Assembly: GCA_964383665.1 (NCBI GenBank)
Contig: CAYLHO010000002.1
Coordinates: 2,544-66,543, forward strand
Direction of reading: 5' to 3'
Length of the DNA: 64,000 nt
Source of the DNA: an uncultured Lachnospiraceae bacterium
GTDB taxonomy: Bacteria; Bacillota; Clostridia; Christensenellales; UBA1242
The notes under the pieces are model-generated. The model saw only the letters and a program-made list of their open reading frames with translations, was not told the DNA's origin and did no database searches. Below are positions 14,894-25,778 of the stretch, piece after piece. How positions within the stretch are numbered: position 1 is the stretch's first letter; the number at the start of each line of letters is the position of its first letter. The translations under genes and the position numbers were made by a program.

Positions 14894-17287
14894 ATGTTAG
14901 ACAACAGATATAATTTTTTAGAAAGCGAACCTAAATGGCAAAAATTTTGGCAAGATGAGGGAATCTATAAGTTTGATCCTTCTTCAAGCAAAGAAACCTT
15001 TTCAATCGACACTCCGCCTCCAACTGTAAGCGGGAAAATCCATATCGGGCATATTTTTTCATACAGTCAAGCCGAGTTTGTTGCAAGATATAAAAGAATG
15101 ACGGGGTTTAATGTTTTCTATCCGTTTGGATTCGACGATAACGGGCTTCCAACCGAACGTCTTGTTGAAAAGGAATTTGGAATTAAGGCGCACGAAGTTT
15201 CAAGAGAAGAATTCCGCGACAAATGCATGGAAGTTGCAAAGAAATATGAACAAGACTTCCGAAATCTTTTCATTTCCGCAGGAAACAGCGCGGATTTTTC
15301 GCTTTGCTATTCAACCGTTAGTCCAGAAGTTCAAAAGGCTTCTCAAAAGTCTTTCATAGATTTGGTTAAGGCAGGGGAAGCATATTATGGCGAGCGCCCT
15401 GCAATTTGGTGTCCAGAATGCCGAATTTCAATTGCGCAAGCCGAACTTGAAAGCAAAGATATTGAAAGTTCATTTAACCACTTAAAATTCAACATAGCCG
15501 GCGAAAACGACTTTTTGGAAATTGCAACAACACGCCCGGAAATGCTTTGCGCGTGTGTTTGCGTTTTTGTTAACCCAGAAGACGAAAGATATAAAAAGTA
15601 TGTTGGGAAAAAAGTTATTGTTCCACTATATAATTTTGAAGTTGAAATTTTAACCGATGAAAAAGCAGCAATCGACAAAGGAACTGGTGTTGTTATGTGC
15701 TGCACATATGGCGACGAAACCGACCTTTTCTGGCAACAATCCCACAATTTGCCTGTTAAAGTTGCAATTGACGACGGCGGAAGAATGACCGCTCTTGCCG
15801 GCAAATATGAAGGCATGAAAGTTAAAGCAGCAAGAGAGGCGGTTATTAGCGATCTTAAAGAAGCAGAGCTTCTTTTGAAACAAGAGCCTCTTGTTCATGC
15901 GGTTGCAACTCATGAACGCTGCGGAACACCAATGGAAATTAACATCAAAAAACAATGGTTCATTAAACTTGTTGACCATAAAGAAGAGTTCCTTAAACGC
16001 GGGGAAGAAATCAATTGGTTCCCAGAGTTTATGAAAAGCCGTTACACAAATTGGGTTGAAAATGTTGACCGCGATTGGTGCATTTCTCGTCAAAGATATT
16101 TTGGCGTTCCAATTCCAGTTTGGTATTGCGAAAATTGCGGCGAAATAATTTTGCCAAGCGACGAGGACCTTCCGGTTAATCCGCTTGTTTCTTCGCCAAA
16201 GCATGCATGCCCAAAATGCGGAGGAACAACTTTCCGCCCAGAAACCGACATTTTCGACACGTGGCAAACTTCATCAATAACACCTCAAATCAACTGCAAA
16301 TGGCTTTCAGATGAAAAGTTCTATAACAAAATGATGCCAATGAGCCTCCGACCAAACGCTCACGATATCATTAGAACATGGGATTTCTACACAATTGCAA
16401 AATCTCACTATCATTCGAATTCGTTGCCATGGAAAAATGTTATGGTTTCGGGTTTTGTTATGGCAAATAAGGACGAAAAAATTTCAAAAAGCAAATCAAA
16501 TTCAAAAATGTCGCCTGAAATTTTGTTGAAGGAAAAATCTGCCGATGTAACCCGTTATTGGGCAAGCACAGGCAGCCTTGGCCGTGACATTATTTTCACA
16601 GAAGAAGAGTTTAAGAATGGGGCAAAACTTGTTAACAAAATTTGGAATGCATCGCGCTTTGTTCTCTCGCTTCTTGGCGATTATAAGCCAGAAAAAATTG
16701 ACCTCTTGCCAATGGACAGATGGATTGTTGGAAAATTCAATCAAATGCAACGCAAATTTAAAGCATATTTCGAAAAATATGAAATTGGGCTTGCAATTGG
16801 CGAGCTTGAAAAATTCTTCTGGAATTTCTGCGACAACTATATTGAAATTGCCAAGAAAAGACTTTATAACCCAGATGTTTATGGGCAAGATGCAACAAAC
16901 AGTGCAAAGTTTGCTTCCTATAATGTTCTTCTTGGAATGCTTAAGCTTTTCGCAATCTACTTGCCACATATAACCGAAGAAATCTATCAAGCATATTTCC
17001 GCGAAATTGAGGGGGTTAAATCAATCCATTTAACTCAACTTGACGCAATCGATGTTGAAGTTGACAACGAAACGGTTGAAAACGGCGACGAGGTTGCTCA
17101 AATTGTTTCAAAAATTCGCGCGTTTAAATCCGAGAATAACCTTTCTCTTAAAGAGGAACTTTCAAGCGTAACCCTTGTTGGGTTTGGGAACTTCGCCCGT
17201 GAATGTGAAGTTGACATTAAAGCCGTTGGGTCAATTTTGAACCTTAATTTTGAAGATGGCGAAAAAGATGTTTTAATAACTAAATAA
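14894..17287 (+). CDS. valS: Valine--tRNA ligase (short form, no long C-terminal extension)
   Basis: The ATG at 14894 is preferred; the track start at 14864 is a TTG. Motifs seen: IDTPPPTVSGKIHIGH (HIGH), TTRPEMLCACVCVFVNPEDERYKKYVGK, Cys clusters WCPECRIS / WYCENCGEI / CPKCGG, DIFDTWQTSS, and KISKSKSN (KMSKS). Confidence 0.85.
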   Translation: MLDNRYNFLESEPKWQKFWQDEGIYKFDPSSSKETFSIDTPPPTVSGKIHIGHIFSYSQAEFVARYKRMTGFNVFYPFGFDDNGLPTERLVEKEFGIKAHEVSREEFRDKCMEVAKKYEQDFRNLFISAGNSADFSLCYSTVSPEVQKASQKSFIDLVKAGEAYYGERPAIWCPECRISIAQAELESKDIESSFNHLKFNIAGENDFLEIATTRPEMLCACVCVFVNPEDERYKKYVGKKVIVPLYNFEVEILTDEKAAIDKGTGVVMCCTYGDETDLFWQQSHNLPVKVAIDDGGRMTALAGKYEGMKVKAAREAVISDLKEAELLLKQEPLVHAVATHERCGTPMEINIKKQWFIKLVDHKEEFLKRGEEINWFPEFMKSRYTNWVENVDRDWCISRQRYFGVPIPVWYCENCGEIILPSDEDLPVNPLVSSPKHACPKCGGTTFRPETDIFDTWQTSSITPQINCKWLSDEKFYNKMMPMSLRPNAHDIIRTWDFYTIAKSHYHSNSLPWKNVMVSGFVMANKDEKISKSKSNSKMSPEILLKEKSADVTRYWASTGSLGRDIIFTEEEFKNGAKLVNKIWNASRFVLSLLGDYKPEKIDLLPMDRWIVGKFNQMQRKFKAYFEKYEIGLAIGELEKFFWNFCDNYIEIAKKRLYNPDVYGQDATNSAKFASYNVLLGMLKLFAIYLPHITEEIYQAYFREIEGVKSIHLTQLDAIDVEVDNETVENGDEVAQIVSKIRAFKSENNLSLKEELSSVTLVGFGNFARECEVDIKAVGSILNLNFEDGEKDVLITK

Positions 17288-17309
17288 ATTTTAAAAAGGG
17301 GAAAACAAA

Positions 17310-18560
17310 ATGAAAGACCATATAACTCCAAATCTTTTAAAACTTGCACGGCTTTTTAAGAAAAAAGGCGAGCTTTATATCGTTGGGGGATATGTTCGAA
17401 ATGCCCTTTTGGGAATTTATGAAACTGACATCGACCTTGCAAGTAAACTTACCAATGATGAGGTTAAAGAAGTTCTTTTTGGAACGAAATATGAAGTTAA
17501 AGAAACCTCGAAAAAACTTGGAACGCTTGTTATTTCCCTTGGCGAGGAAAAATGGGAGCACACAACATTCAGGAAAGAAGAATATGCCGAAGGAGGCGAC
17601 CATCTTCCTGTTAAAGTTGAATTTATTTCCGACATTCGCGAAGATGCAAAGCGCCGAGATTTCACCGTTAATGCAATTTACTACAACATCTTGAAAGATG
17701 AAATTGTTGATTTCTATGACGGCGTTAAGGACGTTAAGAAAAAACTTATTCGAACTGTTGAAACGCCAAATGTTGTTTTTGAAAACGACGGGTTAAGGAT
17801 TTTAAGAATGGTTCGAATTGCAAGCGAACTTGGGTTCACGATTCAAGGCGAAACAATGGTTGCTGCGTATGAGGCAAGAGAAAATCTTAATGACATTTCG
17901 GGAGCAAGAAAGAACTCGGAACTTAACTTAATTTTAAATTCTCCAAAAAGATATAAAATAAGTAAACCAAATTCATATTTGTATGGACTTCAAGTTTTTA
18001 ACATGCTTCGACTTTGGAAATACTATAACAGCCCAGTTTTGAAAGTTCGTTTTAATCTTATTAAAAAAGTTAAACCAGAAGCAAGGTTTGTTGCGCTTTT
18101 GGTTGATATAATTTCAAGTTCAAAATATAAGAAAGAAGACCATGCCGAACTTGTTAATCAACTTCTTGGAAGATTTGGGCTTTGCTTCCCAGAAGCTAAA
18201 ATCGATTATTATCGCCATATTGTTTGTGGGCTTTACGACGCACTTTCAAAAATGGATAACAAAGAATATTTTATTGAATATTTTGAGAATTTTGATTTAA
18301 TTTCGGAATTATTGGAGAAAAAATCGAAAAAAACATACAAGAAGTATGATTTTTTCTATCATTATCTAAAAAACAATAAAATCCCAATTCGCCTTAAGGA
18401 CTTAAAAATTAATGGGCTCGACATTAAAGCAAAATATCCAAAAATTAAAGATAAGTATTACAAGGTTATTTTAACAGAACTTTTGAGCAAGGTTTTCGAC
18501 GGCGCGGTTCGGAACGAGAAAGAAGCACTTTTAGAAGAGGTTGGAAAAATTAAAGCATAA
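17310..18560 (+). CDS. cca: CCA-adding enzyme / poly(A) polymerase family tRNA nucleotidyltransferase
   Basis: GGYVRNALLG..TDIDLA and RRDFTVNAIYYN motifs. It lies 22 nt downstream of valS with its own RBS. Confidence 0.85.
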   Translation: MKDHITPNLLKLARLFKKKGELYIVGGYVRNALLGIYETDIDLASKLTNDEVKEVLFGTKYEVKETSKKLGTLVISLGEEKWEHTTFRKEEYAEGGDHLPVKVEFISDIREDAKRRDFTVNAIYYNILKDEIVDFYDGVKDVKKKLIRTVETPNVVFENDGLRILRMVRIASELGFTIQGETMVAAYEARENLNDISGARKNSELNLILNSPKRYKISKPNSYLYGLQVFNMLRLWKYYNSPVLKVRFNLIKKVKPEARFVALLVDIISSSKYKKEDHAELVNQLLGRFGLCFPEAKIDYYRHIVCGLYDALSKMDNKEYFIEYFENFDLISELLEKKSKKTYKKYDFFYHYLKNNKIPIRLKDLKINGLDIKAKYPKIKDKYYKVILTELLSKVFDGAVRNEKEALLEEVGKIKA

Positions 18561-18590
18561 AAAAACGCATCAATTTGATGCGCTTTTTTT
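18559..18590. terminator. Bidirectional terminator (cca on +, gyrase operon on -)
   Basis: CGCATCA-att-TGATGCG flanked by AAAAAAA and TTTTTTT. Confidence 0.75.
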
Positions 18591-18846
18591 ATAATTCTCT
18601 AATTTCGTTGGCTGTTCGATTGTGAGAACGAACATTAAAGTTTTTGTTTTTTGGAACTGAGTTAAAAGTTTTGTTTTGAGTTCTTACAACTTCTTTTTTT
18701 GAAAGATTTTGAAAGCCAACTTTTAAACTTGTGAAGTTTGAAAAAATATTAAATAAATATGGTTCTTTTTCGTTATGCCAAAAATTAATTCCAGTAACAC
18801 TTTCAACAACGGCAACTGCCAAAGTGAAAAGATTTCTATTGTTCAT
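18589..18846 (-). CDS. Possible small basic protein (85 aa) at the 3' end of the gyrase operon
   Basis: The ATG at 18846 overlaps the last gyrA codons (GAAAATGAACAATAG). The stop is immediately followed by the terminator at 18590. There is no clear RBS and no family motif. Confidence 0.3.
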   Translation of the reverse strand: MNNRNLFTLAVAVVESVTGINFWHNEKEPYLFNIFSNFTSLKVGFQNLSKKEVVRTQNKTFNSVPKNKNFNVRSHNRTANEIREL

Positions 18847-21400
18847 TTTCGCCTTCAACAGGAGTTTCTTGTTCTGCATATTCAATTTCTTCTTCCGAAA
18901 GTTTTGAAACGTCTTCAATGTTTTCTGTTCCCATTGGAGTTTCTTCATCTTCAATGTGTTCGGTTGTTGCAACGCTAACAATTTTAGCGCCTGGGCGAAG
19001 TCTCATAACCTTAACGCCAAGCGAGCTTCTTCCAACCATTCTAACATCAGCTGCTGCCATTCTTATGATAACTCCGTTGTCGGAAATTAACATTAAGTCC
19101 TCTTCCTCGTTAACAACTTTGAGAGCAACAAGTTTTCCTGTTTTCTCGTTGAAGTTTCCGGCTTTGATCCCTTTTCCTCCGCGGGTTTGAAGGCGATAGT
19201 CGCTTGGGTTTGTTCTCTTTCCAAATCCGTTTTCGGTTATTGTTATAAGTTGGGTTTCTGGGTTTAAAATTGCCATGTCAACGATGAAATCGTCGCTGTC
19301 GAGTTTCATTGAACGAACCCCTTGAGATGTTCTTCCCATTGGGCGAACGTTCTTTTCGTTAAATTTAATACATTTTCCCTTGTTTGAAGCAACCAAAATT
19401 TCGTTTTCGCCGTTTGTTAAGCCAACGTTGATAAGTTTGTCGCCTTCAACAAGTTTAATTGCAATTTTTCCGCTCTTTAAGATGCTTGCAAATTCTTTGA
19501 GGTCGGTTTTCTTAATAAGCCCGTTTCTTGTTGCAATAATAAGGTTTCCTTCTTGTCCTTTTTCGAATGAGAGAAGTGCTTCAACTTTTTCGTCTGGCAT
19601 GAGAGGAAGAAGGTTGATAACTGCGCGTCCTTTTGCTTGACGTTGTGCTTCCGGAACTTCATAGGCACGAATTGAATAAACCTTTCCAAAGTTTGTGAAG
19701 AACAATAAGTCGCTGTGGGTGCTGGTTATTAAAATTCTTTCAACGAAATCTTCTTCTTTTGTTTTATGAGCTGAAACTCCAACGCCTCCGCGTTTTTGCG
19801 CGTGATACTCGCTAACGCTCATTCTCTTAACATATCCGCCGTGGGTTAAGGAAATAACAACATCTTCTTTTTCAATCAAGTCTTCGTTATCGATGTTTCC
19901 AACTTCCATGCTGATTTCGGTTTTTCTTGGAGTTCCAAATTGAGTTTTAACGTTTTCAAGATTATCGTTAATGATTTGAAGGACTCTTTCTGGACGAGCC
20001 AAAATGTCGTTAAGATCGGCAATTAATGCTTCAAGTTCTGCAAGTTCTTCTTTAAGTTTGTTAACCTCCAAACTTGTTAATCTTGCAAGTTTCATTTCCA
20101 AAATTGCGCCGGCTTGTTTATCGGAAAGTTCAAAGTTTTCCATAAGCTTTGCAACGGCATCTTGCTTGTCGGCAGATGTTTTAATGATTTGAACAACTTC
20201 ATCGATGTTTGCAAGAGCAATAACAAGCCCTTTAACAATATGTTCTCTTTCAAGCGCTTTTCCAAGGTCGAATTGAGTTTTTCTTGTTAAAACTTCCTTT
20301 TGGTGCTCAAGATAGTAATATAACATTTCTTTCAAGTTCAAAATTCTTGGAGTTCCGTCAACAAGAGCAAGGAAAATTATTCCGTCGCTAACTTGAAGTT
20401 GGGTGTGCTTATATAACATGTTTAAAACAACTTGTGGGTTTGCATCGCGTTTAAGATCGATAACAATTCTCATTCCATCGCGGTCGGATTCTTCTTTAAT
20501 GTCGGCAATTCCTTCAATTTTCTTGTTTTTAACAAGGTCTGCCATTTGAACAATCAAACGAGCTTTGTTAACTTGATATGGAAGTTCGGTTATGATGATT
20601 CTGTGTCTTCCGGTTTCTGTTTCCTCAATTTCAGCTTTTCCGCGAACAACAATTCCGCCTTTTCCAGTTTTATATGCGTGTTTAATTGCAGCGCGACCCA
20701 TAATTATTCCGCCGGTTGGGAAATCTGGGGCAGGGATAATTCTTATAAGGTCGTCAATTTCAATGTCGGGATTTGTAATTAACGCTTGAACGCCCGAAAT
20801 AACTTCGGAAAGATTGTGTGGAGGAATGTTTGTTGCCATTCCAACAGCAATTCCGTCGGCACCGTTAACCAAAAGGTTAGGGAATTTCGATGGCAAAACC
20901 GAAGGTTGCATAAGAGTGTCGTCGAAGTTTGGATAGAAATCAACAGTGTTTTTGTCGATGTCCTCAAGCATAAGCCCAGCAATTTTTGAAAGGCGGGCTT
21001 CGGTGTATCTCATGGCAGCAGGACTGTCACCGTCAACTGATCCAAAGTTTCCATGTCCGTCAACAAGAGGGCAGCCAATTGAGAAATCTTGTGCTAAACG
21101 TACAAGCGCATCATAAACTGAACTGTCGCCATGTGGGTGATATTTTCCCATAACTTCACCAACAATTCTTGCCGATTTTCTGTATGGCTTGTCGTTGAAC
21201 AAGTTAAGTTCACCCATTGAGTATAAAATTCTTCTGTGAACTGGCTTCAAACCGTCGCGAACGTCAGGAATTGCACGCGAAACGTTAACAGCCATTGCAT
21301 AAGAGATAAAGGACTTCTTAAGTTCATCGTTAACTTCAACTTTAACAACTTTTGTGTCCTTGAAAATCTCTTCAAGACCTTTTTTCTTTTCGTCTTTCAT
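18836..21400 (-). CDS. gyrA: DNA gyrase subunit A
   Basis: [26 protein letters not shown], the [27 protein letters not shown], and C-terminal beta-pinwheel repeats. The acidic tail ends GENEQ. Confidence 0.97.
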   Translation of the reverse strand: MKDEKKKGLEEIFKDTKVVKVEVNDELKKSFISYAMAVNVSRAIPDVRDGLKPVHRRILYSMGELNLFNDKPYRKSARIVGEVMGKYHPHGDSSVYDALVRLAQDFSIGCPLVDGHGNFGSVDGDSPAAMRYTEARLSKIAGLMLEDIDKNTVDFYPNFDDTLMQPSVLPSKFPNLLVNGADGIAVGMATNIPPHNLSEVISGVQALITNPDIEIDDLIRIIPAPDFPTGGIIMGRAAIKHAYKTGKGGIVVRGKAEIEETETGRHRIIITELPYQVNKARLIVQMADLVKNKKIEGIADIKEESDRDGMRIVIDLKRDANPQVVLNMLYKHTQLQVSDGIIFLALVDGTPRILNLKEMLYYYLEHQKEVLTRKTQFDLGKALEREHIVKGLVIALANIDEVVQIIKTSADKQDAVAKLMENFELSDKQAGAILEMKLARLTSLEVNKLKEELAELEALIADLNDILARPERVLQIINDNLENVKTQFGTPRKTEISMEVGNIDNEDLIEKEDVVISLTHGGYVKRMSVSEYHAQKRGGVGVSAHKTKEEDFVERILITSTHSDLLFFTNFGKVYSIRAYEVPEAQRQAKGRAVINLLPLMPDEKVEALLSFEKGQEGNLIIATRNGLIKKTDLKEFASILKSGKIAIKLVEGDKLINVGLTNGENEILVASNKGKCIKFNEKNVRPMGRTSQGVRSMKLDSDDFIVDMAILNPETQLITITENGFGKRTNPSDYRLQTRGGKGIKAGNFNEKTGKLVALKVVNEEEDLMLISDNGVIIRMAAADVRMVGRSSLGVKVMRLRPGAKIVSVATTEHIEDEETPMGTENIEDVSKLSEEEIEYAEQETPVEGENEQ

Positions 21401-21969
21401 TCTTCCACCTCTTTATTTTCATTTTCTTCTAAAAATTTAGGATTTATTATTGAATACATTTTTGTATCGCAGGTTTCGCCTGTGTTGTTTTTTGCATAAC
21501 GTTTGAGAGTTCCCTCATATGTCATTCCAATTTTTTCCATGGCGCGTCCGCTTTTTGGATTTCCGGCAAAATGCTTTGCTTGAATTCTGATGGCACCGCT
21601 GTCGAAAACAAGTTGGAGGGTTGCTTTCCCTGCCTCTGGCATAATTCCTTGCCCCCAAAACTTTTCGCCAAGAACCCAGCCAAGTTCATACGTAAACTCG
21701 TTTCTTGGCATATAGTCGATAACGCCAATAACCTCATTTGTTTCTTTCCAAACAATTGCAAATCTAAATTCGGCTTCTCCGTTTTTGTAATCGTTTAGAA
21801 CGGTTTTAAGGTATTCCTTTGTTGCTTCGAGATTTGGGTGGGTTGACCAAATCAAATGTTTCGTCACATTATCGCTTGAACAGTAGTTTTTATACATATC
21901 TTCGGCGTCGTCTTCTTGGAAGTGTCTTAAAATTAGACGTTCTGTTTCAATAACATGTTTGTTTTCCAT
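21397..21969 (-). CDS. GNAT family N-acetyltransferase (RimJ/RimL-like, Acetyltransf_3 type)
   Basis: The ATG at 21969 lies 7 nt after GGAGG; the track start at 21984 is a TTG. Motifs are ETERLILRHFQEDDAEDMY and WGQGIMPEAGKATLQLVF. The stop overlaps the gyrA start (ATGA). Confidence 0.85.
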   Translation of the reverse strand: MENKHVIETERLILRHFQEDDAEDMYKNYCSSDNVTKHLIWSTHPNLEATKEYLKTVLNDYKNGEAEFRFAIVWKETNEVIGVIDYMPRNEFTYELGWVLGEKFWGQGIMPEAGKATLQLVFDSGAIRIQAKHFAGNPKSGRAMEKIGMTYEGTLKRYAKNNTGETCDTKMYSIINPKFLEENENKEVEE

Positions 21970-21984
21970 TTTTAAGCCTCCCAA

Positions 21985-23985
<2,001 letters not shown>

Positions 23986-24092
23986 TTATCATCATTTGAA
24001 AGACGTTAATAAAGCCGTCTAATTTGCGCTGTGTTGCAAAAGACTTGAAAGGGAGGGGAAATGCTTTGTTCGTCATGTTTTAAGATTTGTAA

Positions 24093-24119
24093 CAAAAAAA
24101 CAAGCGAAATTCGCTTGTT
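24093..24119 (-). terminator. Rho-independent terminator after the 173-aa membrane protein gene
   Basis: CAAGCGA-att-TCGCTTG with a T-run on the minus strand, directly after the stop at 24120. Confidence 0.65.
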
Positions 24120-24641
24120 TTAAACCATTTCTTTTTCTGAGGTTGGTTTTGGCGTTTGTTGTGTGTTAATTGGTTTTGCTAAAGTTTCTTGAACTTTTGC
24201 AGAAGCAATTGCTGCGTTTTGCGCTTTCAAGTTATCAAGTTTTTGTTGAAGAACTGGAATTTGCTCATAGGCCGCAACGGCTTCCTCAGCTTCTTTTGCA
24301 TTTTGAGCTTTTGTAATTATCTCGCTCTCATCTTTGAAATCGTCCTTAAATGAGTTTGAAATTATTTTTGAAGCTGTGTAGTTAAAAACAAGGAGCGCAG
24401 GGAAAACAACGCCAAGAACTGGAGAGAAAGCAAATGCAAATGTTAAAAGCATAAGAGGAAAGAATGTGAAACGAAGAAGACACTCTGTTTGCTCAAAAAG
24501 TTTTCCGGTTATTGAATATGTGCTTTTAAGGGTTTCATAACTGCTATATTCCTTAACTCTTTTTGCATTAACTGCTTTTCTTAATTCTTCTTGTTTTCTT
24601 TCTTTTTCTTTTTTAAGTTTTTTTTGTTCTTCCGCGGTCAT
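24120..24641 (-). CDS. Hypothetical membrane protein (charged coiled N- and C-terminal segments flanking a TM hairpin)
   Basis: RBS AAGGAG. TM region is LLRFTFFPLMLLTFAFAFSPVLGVVFPALLVF. K/E-rich segments flank it. No family was recognised. Confidence 0.75.
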   Translation of the reverse strand: MTAEEQKKLKKEKERKQEELRKAVNAKRVKEYSSYETLKSTYSITGKLFEQTECLLRFTFFPLMLLTFAFAFSPVLGVVFPALLVFNYTASKIISNSFKDDFKDESEIITKAQNAKEAEEAVAAYEQIPVLQQKLDNLKAQNAAIASAKVQETLAKPINTQQTPKPTSEKEMV

Positions 24642-24668
24642 TCTTTTCTTCTCCTTTATGTTACACTT

Positions 24669-24697
24669 ATTATAGTTTGTGTTTTTAAAAAAGTCAA
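24669..24697 (-). promoter_or_regulatory. Consensus sigma-A promoter for the 24120-24641 gene
   Basis: The minus strand reads TTGACT (24692-24697), 17 nt, TATAAT (24669-24674). Confidence 0.6.
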
Positions 24698-24758
24698 TAG
24701 CAATTTTAACAAAAAAATCCCCAAAATCTTAATGGAACAACTTCCTAAAAGTGGGGAG

Positions 24759-24840
24759 AAAAATAAATCAAAAAAACAATAAAAAAATAATAAAAAATGC
24801 TAAAAAATTGCAGAAAAAACAATAAAAAATTAATAAAAAA
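24759..24840. repeat. Array of eight helically phased A-tracts (predicted intrinsically curved DNA)
   Basis: A5-A7 runs start at 24759, 24770, 24781, 24792, 24802, 24814, 24824 and 24835. Spacings are 11, 11, 11, 10, 12, 10 and 11 bp. Confidence 0.8.
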
Positions 24841-24846
24841 TGATTT

Positions 24847-25563
24847 TTAATTAATTATTTTGTCAAATAAATTATATCTTTCTGGATTAATTATTGCATT
24901 TAAAATTTGTTTTTTTGAACCTGGAATTTTTCGCTCTAAATCGCTTAAAAAATGCTTAATTTCTTCGCGTTTTGTGCGGTGATTTGCGGGGCAAATGTTT
25001 TTAACAATTGGAAGATTTTTTGCAGCCTCAACAATTGTTTTTTCATCAATAAAAATAAGGGGGCGAATTGAGGTTAAATCGGTGTTTGAAAGGTAGGTTT
25101 TTGGGGCAAAAGTGTTAAGCCTTCCTTCATAGAAAAGTGAAAGGAAAAAGGTTTCAATAAGGTCGTCGCTGTGGTGGGCAAGAGCAACCTTGTTGCAGCC
25201 TAATTTTTTTGCTTCTGAATTTAAATTCCCACGGCGAAGTTTTGCGCATAAACTGCAAGGATTTTTCTCTTTTCTAATGTCAAAAACGATGTTAAAAATT
25301 TCGGTTTTAACAATGTGAAATTCAACCCCAAGCTTTAAGCAAAATTCTGCAAGAGGATCAAAGTTTGTTTCGCCATTTGTTTGGTCGATTGTGATGGCAA
25401 CAAGCTGGAATTTTTTTGGCGAAAATTTTTGAAAACGAGAAAGCGCCTCAAGAAGAACAAGGCTGTCTTTTCCGCCGCTAAGGCCAACTGCAATTTTGTC
25501 ATTTTCCTCAATTAAATTATATGTTTCAATTGCTTTTCGCATTTTGCTTAAAATATGTTGCAT
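24847..25563 (-). CDS. ttcA: PP-loop ATPase, TtcA-like tRNA 2-thiocytidine biosynthesis family
   Basis: PP-loop VGLSGGKDSLVLLEAL. Cys motif NPCSLCAKLRRG plus a later Cys in KNICPANH. Confidence 0.7.
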   Translation of the reverse strand: MQHILSKMRKAIETYNLIEENDKIAVGLSGGKDSLVLLEALSRFQKFSPKKFQLVAITIDQTNGETNFDPLAEFCLKLGVEFHIVKTEIFNIVFDIRKEKNPCSLCAKLRRGNLNSEAKKLGCNKVALAHHSDDLIETFFLSLFYEGRLNTFAPKTYLSNTDLTSIRPLIFIDEKTIVEAAKNLPIVKNICPANHRTKREEIKHFLSDLERKIPGSKKQILNAIINPERYNLFDKIIN

Positions 25564-25686
25564 AAAAACCTCAAAATTATTTTAACAAATTAATTTTTAA
25601 TTGCAAAATAAAACATGCAAATTGTTTTTTAAAATATTTTTTTGTGTATAAAATTATAAAAATTTATAAAAAAGCATAAAATCGTT

Positions 25687-25714
25687 TTGAATTCGACATA
25701 AAATGCACTATTAT
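25687..25714 (+). promoter_or_regulatory. Promoter candidate for the giant-gene operon
   Basis: TTGAAT, 16 nt, TATTAT, about 65 nt upstream of the ATG at 25779. The region is very AT-rich, so alternatives exist. Confidence 0.3.
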
Positions 25715-25778
25715 ATATAAATAAATAAGGGTGAATAAATAAAAAATTAATTTTTAGGAATAGTAACACGGAGGAAAC

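Noticed and set aside
15385-16990. Long antisense ORFs inside valS (15385-15816, 15650-16267 and 16502-16990 on the minus strand)
   Set aside because: They lie wholly within a strongly conserved aminoacyl-tRNA synthetase frame on the other strand. Their compositions are odd, rich in Cys, Phe and Asn. They have no RBS. These are typical shadow ORFs of an AT-rich genome.
24093-24119. Sequence similarity between the terminators at 24093-24119 and 53326-53355 (both AAAAACAAGCG...CGCTTGTTTT) as a possible dispersed repeat element
   Set aside because: The shared part is only the roughly 7-bp stem arms plus A/T runs. The loops differ and no flanking similarity is visible. This is compatible with chance among GC-clamped terminators.
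24061-24123. A 20-codon Cys-rich micro-ORF (MLCSSCFKICNKKTSEIRLF) preceded by GGGAGGGG on the plus strand
   Set aside because: No promoter is readable upstream. Its 3' half is simply the terminator hairpin of the convergent gene. The SD spacing is short. It is most likely a chance ORF, though it could be revisited if Ribo-seq data exist.
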